Translations under genes and position numbers: made by a program | The notes under the pieces: generated by a model | Databases searched by the model: none | The model's input: only the letters and a program-made list of their open reading frames with translations | Told to the model about the DNA's origin: nothing | NCBI RefSeq assembly: GCF_963921235.1 | Contig: NC_086097.1 | Coordinates: 89,964,001 to 90,028,000 of the forward strand | Direction of reading: 5' to 3' | DNA from: Mobula hypostoma | Lineage: Eukaryota | DNA length: 64,000 nt | Part shown: piece by piece, positions 1-12,450 of the stretch | Layout of the letters: each line of letters begins with the position of its first letter | Position numbering within the stretch: position 1 is the first letter of the stretch

Positions 1-664
1 TCAGCAACGTATTTTTGGAGAAATATCAAATAACCACAAATGTAATTGCAATACACAAGCTTCTAATGTTGCCGAATCTGTTTTAATTACCTAAAATAGA
101 ATTAAAAACCCTCTTGCAGGTGATGGAAGTGTTTTTGTGCAGTTAATCCAAGCATAATTGGCTTTTGCACTTTACTCTTATGTAGTACAACACAGCTGAA
201 GTTTATAAATGCAAGTCTGTCTTTCGTCCATCCAATCTTTCTTCTGTTCCCCAGTGTGAGGTGCTGTCCAGTGTCCCGGTCCACAAGTTTATTCTCATGC
301 GGGAATTTGGAGAGTGGTTTTTAAACCAGCAAGGCATAGGAAGGAACACCACTGGCCACAGATTTATGGATCACTTTCTTGCTGCCCCAGGAGTGGCGTC
401 ATTTATCAATGATCTTTTTTTTTCCGGCAATCCATTCCAATTTGTGAAATCGACACTATTTTCGCAGGGGTGATTAGTTAAACATGGATCTGTAATGTTG
501 CTCACTCTCACATTGTCTGGTGAATCTCGAGTAAAAAGCAAAGGAGCAGCCCAGGGCATCCTCTTCTACGAAGTAACAGTGGGAAACAATAAAATGGAAG
601 ATGCTGCCAGCTGCAGGGAAGGTTGGGCCAGGGTAAATGCAGTGAATGACTGTCTTTGCAGTGT

Positions 665-878
665 ATGAAACTGAAAAATACTGCAGATGTTGGAAGACTG
701 AAATCAAAGCATAAAATGCCGGAGACAGTCAGCAAATCAGGGAGCATCGAGGGAGAAACAGGGTCAATGTTTTAGGTTGGAAGTTGGAGAGCTTTTCTCA
801 GTCTCTGTTCCATTCTGTTTACCACAAATGCTGCCTGACTGGCTGAATGTTTCCAGCATTTTTCTGGCTCTTATTACA
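665..878. mobile_element. Old Penelope-derived inverted mini-element
   Basis: Left arm ctgcagatgttggaa...agcaaatcagggagcatc and right arm atgctgcctgactggctgaatgtttccagcatttt are diverged inverted copies of the PLE 3' end seen elsewhere in the window. Confidence 0.5.
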
Positions 879-1119
879 GCGGAGGCCTGCTGGTAATTAC
901 CACACTCACCCTGCTGGAGGATGTGAGAAGGTTGTCCTTAATACAGTGGATGAGGGAAGGTCACTGATTATCTCTGAAGGTGACAAATCACACTAGGGGC
1001 AACTCAATCCAGTGTGGATATTTCCAAAACTTCAAGGCCAATGGGCAACTATCTATCTCTTGTCCGACGATCATTCTCTTCGCCCCCTACTGTGTTTTAA
1101 CCTGCCCGAAACTGTGGAG

Positions 1120-1470
1120 ATGAGTTATTTTCTGTTTCTGCTAACCCATTATCTTTTTTTCTTTGTACCTGTTTCTGACTCTTTCTGTTTGTGTGTGCCA
1201 CTGTCTCTGTTTCTCCACGCACCTGTCTCTGTGTTACTAATTCTATCCCTCTGCATCTGTTTCTGTATGCTGTACAGCGTGTTCTTCTAACTGTTCCTGC
1301 CTGTCTCTTCTTTATTCTTTATTGTTCTTATATTACTCTTCCTGTATCTACACTTTTTTCTGGGTTTCTGCTTATGTGGCTCTTTCATCATGTTTGTTTT
1401 TCTCTCTCTCTACTAATACTTACCTGTGACTCCATTTCTCTTCATCTTTCCTTGCCTCTCATTCTACCAC
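1120..1470. repeat. Pyrimidine-rich low-complexity tract
   Basis: Recurrent ctgtttct/ctgtctct motifs; explains the hydrophobic spurious ORFs at 1012 and 1191. Confidence 0.6.
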
Positions 1471-1799
1471 TGCCAAAAAATATCATACATGCTAGAAATC
1501 TGAAACAGAAACAGTGAATGCCATAAATATTCAACTGGCCAGGCAGTATCTCTGGAGAGCGGAATGCAGCTGACTTCTCAGATCATTGATTAGTGTTGCA
1601 CATTTCTATGGCTGGAAGCAGAATAAACTTGAGGTATGACACTGATCCGTGTACTTATCTAAGTTTAGCCACATAGCAATCTCTGGGGATCAGTCCTTAA
1701 TTCAACAACTTCACATACAATGCCTATAAAAAGTATTCAGCCCCCTTGGAAGTATTCATATTTTATTTGTTTTACAACATTGAATCACAGTGGATTTAA

Positions 1800-2487
1800 G
1801 TTTTAAGCTTTAAGTTCCTCGGGGTCAATATCACAAATGACCTGACTTGGTCCAACCAAGCAGAGTCCACTGCCAAGAACACCCACCAGAGCCTTTACTT
1901 CCTGAGAAAGCTAAAGAAATTTGGCCCTCACTCACTAATTTTTATAGATGCACCGTAGAAAGCATTCTTCTAGGGTGCATCACAACCTGGTATGGAAGTT
2001 GTCCTGTCCAAGACCGGAAGAAGCTGCAGAAGATCGTGAACATGGCGCAGCACATCACACAAACCAATCTTCCGTCCTTGGACTCACCTTACACCGCATG
2101 CTGTCAGAGCAGTGCTGCCAGGATAATCAAGGACACGACCCACCCAGCCAACACACTTTTCGTCCCTCTTCCCTCCGGGAGAAGGCTTGGGAGCTTGAAG
2201 ACTCATACGGCCAGACTTGGGAACAGCTTCTTTCCAACTGTGATAAGACTACTGAAAGGATCCTGACCCGGATCTGGGTCGTACCCTCCAAATATCCGGA
2301 CCTGCCTCTCGGTTTTTTTTGCACTACCTTACTTTCCCTTTTTTATTTTCTATTTATGATTTATAATTTAAATTTTTAATATTTACTATCGATTTGTAAT
2401 CCAGGGAGCAGGAAGCGCAGAATCAAATATCGCTGTGATGATTGTACGTTCTAGTATCAATTGTTTGGCGACAATAAAGTATAGAGT
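1800..2487 (+). mobile_element. Rex1/Babar-type non-LTR retrotransposon 3' fragment
   Basis: ORF 1847-2266 has LTNFYRCTVESILLGCITTWYG...NSFFPTVIRLL, typical of the Rex1/Babar RT C-terminus; atttaa duplicated at 1794-1799 and 2488-2493, splitting the Tc1 left arm. Confidence 0.85.
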
Positions 2488-2973
2488 ATTTAATTTGGCT
2501 TTTTTGACACTGATCAACAGAAAGAGACTCTGTCATGCCAAAGTGAAAACAGATCTCTACAAAGTGATCCAAATTAATTCTGAGTATAAAACACAAAATA
2601 ATTGGTTGCACACCAAATCATCACTGGTGCAGCCAATTGGTTTCAGAAGTCACATAATGAGTTAAATGGAGATACGTTTTTGGAGACCTGTGTACAGTGA
2701 ATGACTAAAAAACAGCAAAGATAATGTCATCGAGTGGCCAAGTCAGAGTCCAGACCTCAATCCAATTGAGAATTTGGGCCCGGACTTAAAAAGGGTTGCT
2801 CACTCACGATCCCCATGCAGCCTGACAGAGTTTGAGCAGTTTTATAAAAAAGAATGGAGAAAATCTGCAGTGTCCAGATGTGCAAAGCTGATAGAGACCT
2901 ATCCTCACAGACCAAGGCTATAATTGCACCTATTAAATACTGACTTGAAGGAGGTGAATACTTATGCAATCAA

Positions 2974-3083
2974 CTCTTCCTTCAGTTAGTCCTGACGAAG
3001 GGTCTCGGCCTGAAACGTCGACTGCACCTCTTCCTATAGATGCTGCCTGGCCTGCTGCGTTCACCAGCAACTTTTATGTGTGT
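2974..3083 (+). mobile_element. 110-bp Penelope-like 3' end insertion
   Basis: Nearly identical to 35481-35590; 15-bp TSD tacttatgcaatcaa at 2959-2973 and 3084-3098. Confidence 0.9.
2988..3023 (+). ncRNA. Minimal type-I hammerhead ribozyme motif
   Basis: AGUC-CUGACGA-A-GGGU(CUCG)GCCU-GAAA-C-GUC^GACU: conserved core boxes, stem I AGUC/GACU, stem II hairpin, palindromic ACGU in place of stem III. Confidence 0.8.
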
Positions 3084-3323
3084 TACTTATGCAATCAATT
3101 ATTTTGTGTTTTATAATTGCAATTAATTTGGATCACTTTGTAGAGATCTGGTTTTCACTTTGATATGAAAAAGTCTTTTTCTGTTGATCAGTGTCAAAAA
3201 AGCCTAATTAAATCCATTGTGATTCAATAAAACATGAAAATTCCGAAGGGGGTGTATACTTTTTATAGGCATTGTAACTAGCCTTTATGACTTTATGTCA
3301 GGACTGATCTGTTCTGACACTGA

Positions 3324-4360
3324 GGCTACGTCCACACTAGACCAGACAATTTTGAAAACGCCGGTTTCAAGTAAAAACGACAGACGTCCACACCAAGTGT
3401 TTTTCAAAATATCTCCGTCCGCATTAGAACGGATATTTGGGCAAATCTCCTCCTACTGGGCATGCGCAGGACACAGAAAACAAGCGAAGAGAAAACGGTA
3501 TACTTGGTGCGCGTTTGTCCAGTTACAGACGAGAAAAACTTTAAAGGAATCGTGTTGGCTCTCGCACAGGAGGACTTAAAACTAAAAAGCAACAAATACT
3601 GCAGCGTATGGAGTTCACGGATAGTATGACCCGGCTGACGACGAACATTGAAAAACTGACGAACTCTGTTGCATTAATAAAGCACCTTGGTAAATGTATA
3701 AAACATGTCTGCATCAGCGTTATCTTGTATTTCCATACAATGTTACATTAGGCTGTTACAGATCTATTGTCAGAGAAGTACTTGCATAAGTAGGTAAAGC
3801 ACCTTCATACAAGCAAGGACAGAAAACAGGGCAAAGTGAGTATACTTATTTATTCAGTAAGCTATGGGTCAAAGTATTTGGTGAGTACATTTCTAACTCT
3901 TCTGGCTTCAGTCTCGTTGCCATCTGTTCTGAAATTGTTAGGTTGTGTGGGGGGTTGCGTTCAAGAAAACAACGAAATGCCGCGCTGCGGCCATCTGTTC
4001 CAGCACGTCATGACAATATTTTTAAATAGTCAAAAAAGCTCACTTTACAATTTAACTCTCACACCGTTCACACCGACTGCGCGTTATAACAGCCGTCCGG
4101 CAGTGCTTGCGCAGTACCAAGCAGAAGCAGAAAAAGCATTGTTGTTATGGTGTTCTCATGACAGAGCTTTTAAATATCTCCGTTTACCCCGTCCACACTA
4201 GAACACGCAACAATCGTTTTCAAATTTACACACTCTGGTGAGTGTTTTAGAAAAGCTCTGTTTTCGGGGGATGAAAACGCCGTTTCAATGTGGACGGAGG
4301 GTCAAAACGAAGAGAAAAAGCTTCGTTTTCAAAATTATCCAGCGTAGTGTGGACGTAGCC
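3324..4360. mobile_element. PIF/Harbinger-type non-autonomous DNA transposon
   Basis: TIR ggctacgtccacacta / tagtgtggacgtagcc; internal cgtccacac motifs (~3386, ~4190, ~4290 reverse); TNA-type flanks; CpG-rich, no transposase. Confidence 0.8.
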
Positions 4361-5706
4361 TCAGTCATCAACTCTTCTCTGTCCACAGATGTGATCTGAC
4401 TTGCTATTTCCAACTGCTTTTTTATTTCACTTTTTCAGCAAGTGCTGTGTTCTATATCAACCAGTCCACTGATGGGGGTGGGGGAGGGGTGGCAGAAACA
4501 CATCACGGTGGCACTGGTGAACAATGCCAAAGTTCTGTACATGGCAGATTCACTTTCAAGGACTCTTCATCTCATGTTCTTGATATTAATTGCTTATTAA
4601 TTATTATCATTATTTTCCTAATATGTACTTGTGCAGTTTGTTTCTTTTGCACATTGGCTGAACGCCCAAGTTGTGCAATCTTTCACTGTTTTAGTTATGG
4701 TTATTATTCTATAGACTTATTGAGTATGCCCACAAGAAAATGAATCTGAGGGTTATATATGTTTGTGATATATATGTTTTTTGATAATAAGTTTACTTTG
4801 AACTTTGAACCAGTCCCAGTTTTGCGTTTTTCTCTCTCGTCTTACACGTCAGCTCCAAATCCCACCAATTTAAAATGGGAACTATAGCAGAGGTTATAAG
4901 ATTAGGGGATGGTCAATTACAGCTGGGGGAGGGAGGGTGTAGTGACTTCTTCTTAAACAGTTTGTCAAATCTCGGGAATTCTCAACCCTTCAGCATTGTG
5001 GAGGCGGGAGCACTGGGGGGGGGGGGTATTTCGAGAGAGAAGCATGTAATATGGTTGTGCAACATCTGGGAATTGAGGACTATAGGGAACTAGGCCAGAT
5101 CAGCCACAGTCATATGGAATAGTAGGGTAGGCTTGAAGGGCTTAGCGATCCACCTTTCTATAGACCATTGTAACAGGCACTCTGGCTGTTTTCTTCCCAA
5201 ATCCTAGAATGTTTCCTGCAATTGTTGAACAGTGAATGCTACACTAAAAAACGAGGGATGGAAACAGGGACCTCCTGCCCTCCTACTGTATGGTAGAAGA
5301 AACGTGCGGCAATGTTCAACAAAGCATGCAGCATCAAGTCTTTTGGAAAATAATTATATGAATGAGCAGCGTGGATTTATGAAAGGAAATAGTTTGTCTA
5401 ATCACCTGGAGATTTATTGGATATATGTACTAGAGTAAATGAAGGGGAAACTGGTGGATGTAATGTTTTTGGATTTGTTGAGTCCCATAATTCATAGCAG
5501 GCTGGTAAACAAGGTTGGAGCCCATGGAACTGTGGGTGATATACTCATCTTTAAACAGTGACTTCGGAATTAGATTCTCCTTCAATCAAGTCTCCTAAAT
5601 GCCAGTGGATATAAGCTTATTCTGTCTAACCTTTCTTCATGAGGTTACCTGCTTATTACAGGTATATCTGAACTGTTTCCACTATATCAGCATTCTTCAT
5701 AAGTAG

Positions 5707-6668
5707 GTTCAAAGGTTCATTTATTATCAAAGTATACTACTCCGAAATTCTTCAGTTCTCCGGGTAGCCATGAAACCAAGAAAGAAAAGAAAGGCAGCCG
5801 ATCATCAACCCCCAAATCTCACCTCCCCTCTCCAATAAGACGAACAAAATAGGAACAGGCAAATCAGCCCACAAATCCCTCCTCCCGCAAAAAAAAACAA
5901 ACAAAACGGATCAGGCACATCGTCCCCCAATTCATCCGCCCACACAAAAAGAAACAAAACAGATCAGACACATTGACCCCCAAATCTCCATCCCCATACA
6001 AAAAAAAAGAGATTAGGTGAAAAACGCAAAATATAAAAACTATAAGACTGAAAAAAGAGTCTATAGTCCAAGTCCACATCCAAAATGCTGAAAAAGCTTG
6101 GGCACCAGTCTCTGGGTGCGGCGGCAGGTTCTCCCCTCTCCAGTACCGAGCAACCGATCAAAAGGCAAGCAGACGGCACTCACCCACTGAACTCACTTTG
6201 ATGCTTCAATCGGTGAAATGGGGTCAAACATCAGCTTGCAGCCTGCCCACTACTAGATCCACACACTCCCAGAAACCTCTGAGAGACTGCAGAGTGCTGG
6301 AGCACCCATACGATCTCCAAACTTCCACACTTGCCTCAATGTTTCAATCTCCCTTGTCGCTTTAATCGGCAGATGATGGAAGCTTTAATCAGTGAAATGG
6401 GGTCATACATTGACTCGTGCGCCATCCAGCAGCCTTTTCGCCACGAGGTTCGCTCACGGTGCCTCTGCCTCCCGGAATCCTCTCGAAGACTGCAGAGCTC
6501 TGAAGCACCCAAACCATCTCCAAACAGCAAAACACAGGATCCAACAGTTCGAGTCACATTCAAGATGGGAAACAAACGTAAGAGCCACAAAAGAAGTGGA
6601 AAAAAAAAGGTTTAATGATCCATCCAGAAGATGTCAGCCAAAGGATCGTTGTATACAGGCACTATGTA
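5707..6668 (-). mobile_element. Non-autonomous retroposon with LINE-type tail and internal tandem duplications
   Basis: Tail (minus) tttgataataaatgaacctttgaac; ~50-bp tandem units at ~5795-6010; duplicated block ~6195-6325 vs ~6335-6530. Confidence 0.55.
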
Positions 6669-7019
6669 AGGCTATTACTGCACACAATACTCCAGAGGTG
6701 ATCTCACCAATGTCCTGTAAGACTAAAGCATAATTTGCTCAGTCATAAATAAGCTGTCACACCTGAGAATACTTAAAATCTTGTCTAGGTACTGTTTGGC
6801 TTTCCCTGTGATTCACTGTCACAATTCCAAAGGTTGGACAGAGAGAGCAAAGAACCAATATTTGTAGGGTCTGCTTCTCCTCAGGAATGTACAATGATGG
6901 AATCATTCTTAATTCAAAACTGTATTTTTTGTTTGATGATCTAAACTTTCAGCCTTTAAGGCAACTTAATTACACTGAATTACTGGATAATCAGGACATT
7001 ATTATAAAGATATTTGTTT

Positions 7020-7285
7020 TTATTTATTTATTGAGATACAGTGCAGAATAGGCCCTTTCAGCCATTCGAGCCACACTGCCTAGCGATCCCCCAAGTTAAT
7101 CCGAACCTAATCACAGGACAACTTACAACGGACAATGAACCTACCAACCGGTACAGCTTTGGACCATGAGAGCAAATCCACGCGGTCACGGAGATAACGT
7201 ACTAACTCCTTTCAGACAGTGGTGGGAATCGAACCTGGGCTGTCTGCACTGTAAACTGATGTGCTAACCACTACGTCACCATTTA
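7020..7285 (-). mobile_element. tRNA-derived SINE (HE1/V-SINE-like)
   Basis: Minus strand gtagtggttagc A box and ggttcgattcc B box; body similar to 48968-49258. Confidence 0.7.
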
Positions 7286-7739
7286 TCAAAGGCCAAGCTG
7301 CAGCTATGAGTCTTTAAGCCAGGAAGAGTTCCAGTTCCAGGGGTGTCCCAGGGTGGGGAGGGAAGACAAGTGTCCCTACAATAAAATGAAACATATTCGA
7401 GATCCTGGATGGTCTATATCATCTCACCAAGTCCACAGGCCAGTGACATTCGATCCTAGTTATTACTGTTGGCTATGACATTATTTTAGTTACACAGATG
7501 ATTAAAGAAGCATTTGAGGAAATGTATTAGAAGTGACTATGAAGCTGCCAAGCACACTCACTCATTGCTTTCCACCACAGTCCATCACCAGCCCCCATTC
7601 TTTCAGACTTCTCAAGGCAGCAGGCGAGGGACAATGAATATGATCTGGTCAGTATTTCCCATTCTGAGATCAACACACAACACGGAACAGTATAGTACAG
7701 GGACAGGCTCTGTGTTAAATTAGTAATCAAATGCCTAAC

Positions 7740-8357
7740 TAGACTATGAAGACACGTAGTCCTCTTTTATTGTCATTTAGTAATGCATGCATTAAGAAAT
7801 GATACATTATTTCCTCCAGTGTGATATCACAAAACACAGGACAGACCAAGACTGAAAAAACTGACAAAACTACATAATTATAACATATAGTTACAACAGT
7901 GCACAATACCATAACTTGATGAAGAAGTCCATGAGCACAGTAAAGTTCCAAGTTTCTCAAATGTCCCACATCTCACGCAGACGGGAGAGGGAAGAAAAAC
8001 TCTCCCTGCCATGCCGACCACAATCCGACTCGGAGTCATCCGAAAACTTTGAGCTCTGATCAGCTCTCCGACACCGAGTACTGAGCGCCATCTCTGTTCG
8101 AACGATTCGACCTCCTTCTTGGTCGCCAAAAGCAGGCAAGGCCGGGGATCTTGAGGCCTACCCTTCGAAAGATTCCCGACCACACAGTAACGACAGCAGC
8201 GAATGGGCATATCAGAAATTTCTCCAGATGTTCCTCAGTGCTTTCACGTCCATTCTCTATCAAATCAGAATTGTCCACGGCCCCTATTTAACAGATACGA
8301 TATCATTTTTCACCGGAGGGCTGCGCACATGCAGGCACGCCGCCATCTTCTCCTCCC
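7740..8357 (-). mobile_element. Young non-coding retroposon with YY1-like 5' end
   Basis: 5' end (minus) gggaggagAAGATGGCGGCgtg; CpG-rich body; 3' end with aatgacAATAAAagagg; interrupts a CR1 3' end. Confidence 0.65.
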
Positions 8358-8369
8358 GCCTTTCCCTCC

Positions 8370-8880
8370 TAAGCTATTCCCTCCTGCCAACACAATATCC
8401 ATTTCCTTCCACTCCCTGAATATTCCCGTTGCTATCCAAAAGGCTCTGAAACATAAAAGGTCTCCATCTCCACTGCATTCCAGGTACCCAATACTCTCAG
8501 TGTAAACAAAAACCCAAACATCATCCTTCAAACTTATCCCTCACCTTAACTGCATGCCCTCTGGCATTAGCCATTACAACCCTGGGAAAGAGATATTGGC
8601 TGTCCATTCTATCTTACAAGCTTCGATCAGATCTCCCTCAGACTCTGCTGCTCCAGGGGATAACAAACCAAGTTTGTCCAACCTCTAATCCAGACAGCAT
8701 CCTGGTAAACCTCTTCTGCACTTTGTCCAAAGCCTTGGCATCCTTCCTATAATGGGACAGTTAGAACTTTATGCAGTAGCCCAGATGTGGCCTAACTGAA
8801 GCTACTACATGACTTCTCGACATTTAAACTTAATTCCTCAACCAATAAAGGAAAGTATGCCACATGCCTCCTTTATCAAT
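8370..8880 (-). mobile_element. Decayed CR1 3' fragment
   Basis: Similar to the CR1 RT C-terminal region at 32100-32600 (ctggtaaacctcttctgcac, cagatgtggcctaac). Confidence 0.7.
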
Positions 8881-10316
8881 ATGTCTTACTATCAAGGTTA
8901 GTAGATTATAGCCAATGCAAATTCCTCCAAAGTGGGTGATAACATGGCGGACATTGATGGGAATGTGGGGAGAATAGCGAAAATGAGTGGTTAACATGAG
9001 CTACCATAGGTTCAATGGGCCAAATTGACTGCCTTCTGTTTTGCCAAGATTCGACCTCCTTTTAAGCTTTCTTACTAGCAGCAGCACACTAATCTTCTCA
9101 CAAACTGGCCAGATTTAATCTATGGTGAAAGGAAGTTGGGAATTCAACGAGGTACTGCTAGTTTTGAAAATGTATTGGTACTATAATTTTTAAATTGTGA
9201 GTGAACCAGCTACCGCCTCCTATAACAGCTGCCTACATCTCCAGGTGGTGTCACAATCGAAGACGGAAGCCCAGGATCAACAGTACTAAAGGAATCACTG
9301 AGCTCTTTAAAGAACGTTGCTTCTTATCCTACTCTCCCAGCTCATAGACCTTTCTTGTTAATGATCTGCATGCGTAAAGAGAACCCATGTTCTCACTGGA
9401 GGACATTTTAGTGGTATTGCCTGCCACAGAGCAGGGAAGGTTCAGGGGAAATTTAATGAAGCTGGTGAAACTCTTTGTGTGTGCGTTTTAATGGAGGTAA
9501 ATAAGGAAAACTCCCTCATGCTTGGTTTAACTTCTAACCAAAGTAACTGTGCCTGTGTGACCTTCCATGCTGCCTGCAGTATGCCATGGTTTCCACCCAC
9601 AGTGTCGTCAGCAGGCTGCAGCTCCCCACATTACCACAGGGCAGCACCAAGCGTAAACTCTCTCTGAGCTTCTCACTGTCCATAGAGGCTACGCTGGGCA
9701 TGAATCCTAGTTTCAGATAACCGTAAATTGGAGATTTTGTGACACTGACATTACAGGATCCATGACTGCAATTCCACACAATATTGCCAAGGTAATAAAT
9801 TCTACACTTGCAGCTGTGTAGACCTACCATCAGCCTATGATGTAACCTACTCTTAAAACTTGTCCCATTATCCTTGAAACACCAAGAATATTTTGATACT
9901 GAATTTCCGCCAAAGTATTAAACTGAGGTCACAACTGCCCCATTGAGTTAGATGCAAAGCATCCCAAGATGCTCCAATGACATTCTTTGTGCATGGGGAC
10001 CACAGAGGTACACCGGTTCTCCTCAAATTGCACAGGAAGTAACCCCGGAGGCTGCAATGGATAGTTCAATTAAGGTCATGAGTGCAACGAGGGCGCCTGA
10101 AATTGTCTCTGCATATTTTTGAGAATGTAAAGAAAAGTAAGAGGATTATTTTTCTCCTTGAATAGTGGGTGGCAGCAACTACTAATGAAGCAGTGAGCAG
10201 CAACCTGTGAAATGTTCAAAGTTTAAAGTTCAAAGTACATGTATTATCAATGTATCAAAGGTCAGGGTGTCAGGGCTGGAGGTGAGGGACAGGCCGGTTC
10301 AGCTGGCAGCTCTGGG

Positions 10317-10841
10317 TAGGGTTGCCAACTTTCTCACTCCCAAATAAGGGACAAAAGTAGCAGTCAAATACGGGACACTTGTGTTTACCCCGAGAAAGAC
10401 TACCACAACCATGAAGCCTTGCGCGGGCACCTGTGTGCGCATGCGTGATGTGCCAATTTTTTTTCTACAATTCGGTTTTGGTTTAATCTTCCCGATTCTG
10501 TCGTGAAACTACACTGTACATACATTATTTCTGCTTTATATAGGCTGTGTATTTATCATATCATTCCTGCTTTTACTATATGTTAGTGTTATTTTAGGTT
10601 TTATGAGTTATTTGGCGTGATTTGGTAGATTATTTTTAGGGTCTGGGAAAGCTCAAAAATTTTTCCCATATAAATGAATGGTAATTGCTTCTGTGCTTTA
10701 CGCCATTTCGGCACAAAAGGTTTCATAGGAATGCTCTACCTTAGCGGGGGAAATACGGGACAAGGGTGGTCCCGATGGGACAAACCAATTTAGGCCAATA
10801 TATGGGATGTCCCGGCTAATATGGGACAGAAGGCAACCCTA
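10317..10841. mobile_element. hAT-type (Blackjack/Tip100-like) non-autonomous element
   Basis: Termini tagggttgcc / ggcaacccta; multiple subterminal gggac motifs; 8-bp TSD not clean. Confidence 0.75.
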
Positions 10842-12179
10842 CTACTCTGTGAGGTTGAATCAGCTCTGTGTTGAACTGAGGCTGTGGCCTGCAACTAATG
10901 AACTCCTAAATCTGCTGCAGTGATGACTGGCTTCGTGGCTGTGGACTCACTTTCGTGAACTTCAGTTCGGAATGTCATTTGCTTACTGTCTGCACAATTT
11001 GTTTTTTTTTTCTGTACACTGGGTGTTTGACAGTCTTTTTTATGGGCTCGATTGGGTTTCATTGTTTTGTGGCTGCTTGTAAGGAGACAAATCTCTACAT
11101 TGCATATAGTATACATACTTTGATAATAAGCATAGTTTGAAGTTTGGACGGCAGGCTTTTTGTTTACATCTGAGCGATCCAGGATTCATCCTAACCTTGG
11201 GTGCTGCTGGCCTGGAGCTTGCACATTCTTCCTGTGGCCAGGCATGTCTCCCTCGGGTATTCCGATTTCCTCTCGCGCCCTAAAGGCGTACTGTAAATTA
11301 ACCGGCCAAGTAATTGCCCCTGGTTTACCCATGTCACTTTGCGGAATCAAGATCTGTAGTCACATCCCCCATTGGTCAGTTAGAACTTACTGTCACCTGC
11401 AGGAGTTTGGTGAGGTACAGGTATGATGAAAAGCTTGCTTGTAGCAACATCACAGGCACATAGACTCAGACAGAACGCAAGTTATACACATACTACACCT
11501 CCAGCTCTGTATGATTCGCCTTTCTAAAAGGGACTACTTCCAGCATTGAATACCCTCCAGGCTAATCCCGGGCTTCAGCCAAATTTACATCATCTCTCAC
11601 ACCTCAGTCAGCTCGTCACAGACACTTTATAGCTTTCTAACAATGGCCTGGGGGAAATGTGCCCCTTAGATTCTGCATTCAACTATACAATTAACCTATC
11701 CACTATATCAATAAACCCATTCGTCCACTTCACATTAATAAATCTGTCAATACTGATGGCAACCTCCCTTGTAAATATTTGCAGAGCCACTGTTTTCTAA
11801 ATGTGTACTAATGCCTGCAGAGAGAGAAAGTTGCCAGAAATGTTTCAGTACTTATAGGGACAGAACTTCTAGCAGTACGTTAGTACTTGCAAAAAAAGTG
11901 TTGAAAAGTTCAGGTCCAGGTTGATAAGACATGGTGCGTTGTCAAAGGTGCCTCCATTCTTGAGGTATTCAAGACAATCCGCATCAGTTTGCCAGAAGCT
12001 GCATCAATCACGGAGTCAATCACCTTGGAGACAGACCCTTTGGCCCACTGATTCCATGCTGACCACCAACCACACTTTTACACTCACCCTGAACTATTCC
12101 CGCTCTTTTCTCCTACCCCCCCCCCACCATCCTCAGCAATTCCCCTAACATTCTACCACTTACCTACAAACCGAAGTGT

Positions 12180-12450
12180 TGCACAGTAGCGTCACGGTTA
12201 GCAGTATGCTGTTACAGTGCCAGCAGCAAGAACAACGTTCAGTTCCCGCTGCTGTCTGTAAGGATGTTTTGTACGTTCTCCCAGTGAGCACGTGGGCCTC
12301 CTCAGTTTCCCTCCCACATTTCAAAGACGTACCGTTAGCGTCAGTGAGTTGTGAGCATTCTGCGTTGGCACTGGAAGCATGGCAACACTTGCGCGCCTGC
12401 CAGTGCAATCCTCACTGATTTGATTTAATACAAACAATACATATTGCTGT
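12180..12450 (+). mobile_element. tRNA-derived SINE (HE1/V-SINE-like)
   Basis: gcacagtagcgtcacggttagc head, gttcagttccc B box, tttccctcccacatttcaaagacgt central domain. Confidence 0.7.

Larger units (their letters stand above)
1718..3274 (+). mobile_element. Tc1/mariner DNA transposon, internally deleted, host to two retro-insertions
   Basis: TA flanks (1716-1717, 3275-3276); terminal inverted repeats caatgcctataaaaagtat / atactttttataggcattg; transposase C-terminal motif IEWPSQSPDLNPIENL at ~2729-2776. Confidence 0.9.

Noticed and set aside
255..473. Possible plus-strand exon after a strong polypyrimidine acceptor (CEVLSSVPVHKF...)
   Set aside because: No recognisable homology and no partner exon; cannot be supported without RNA data
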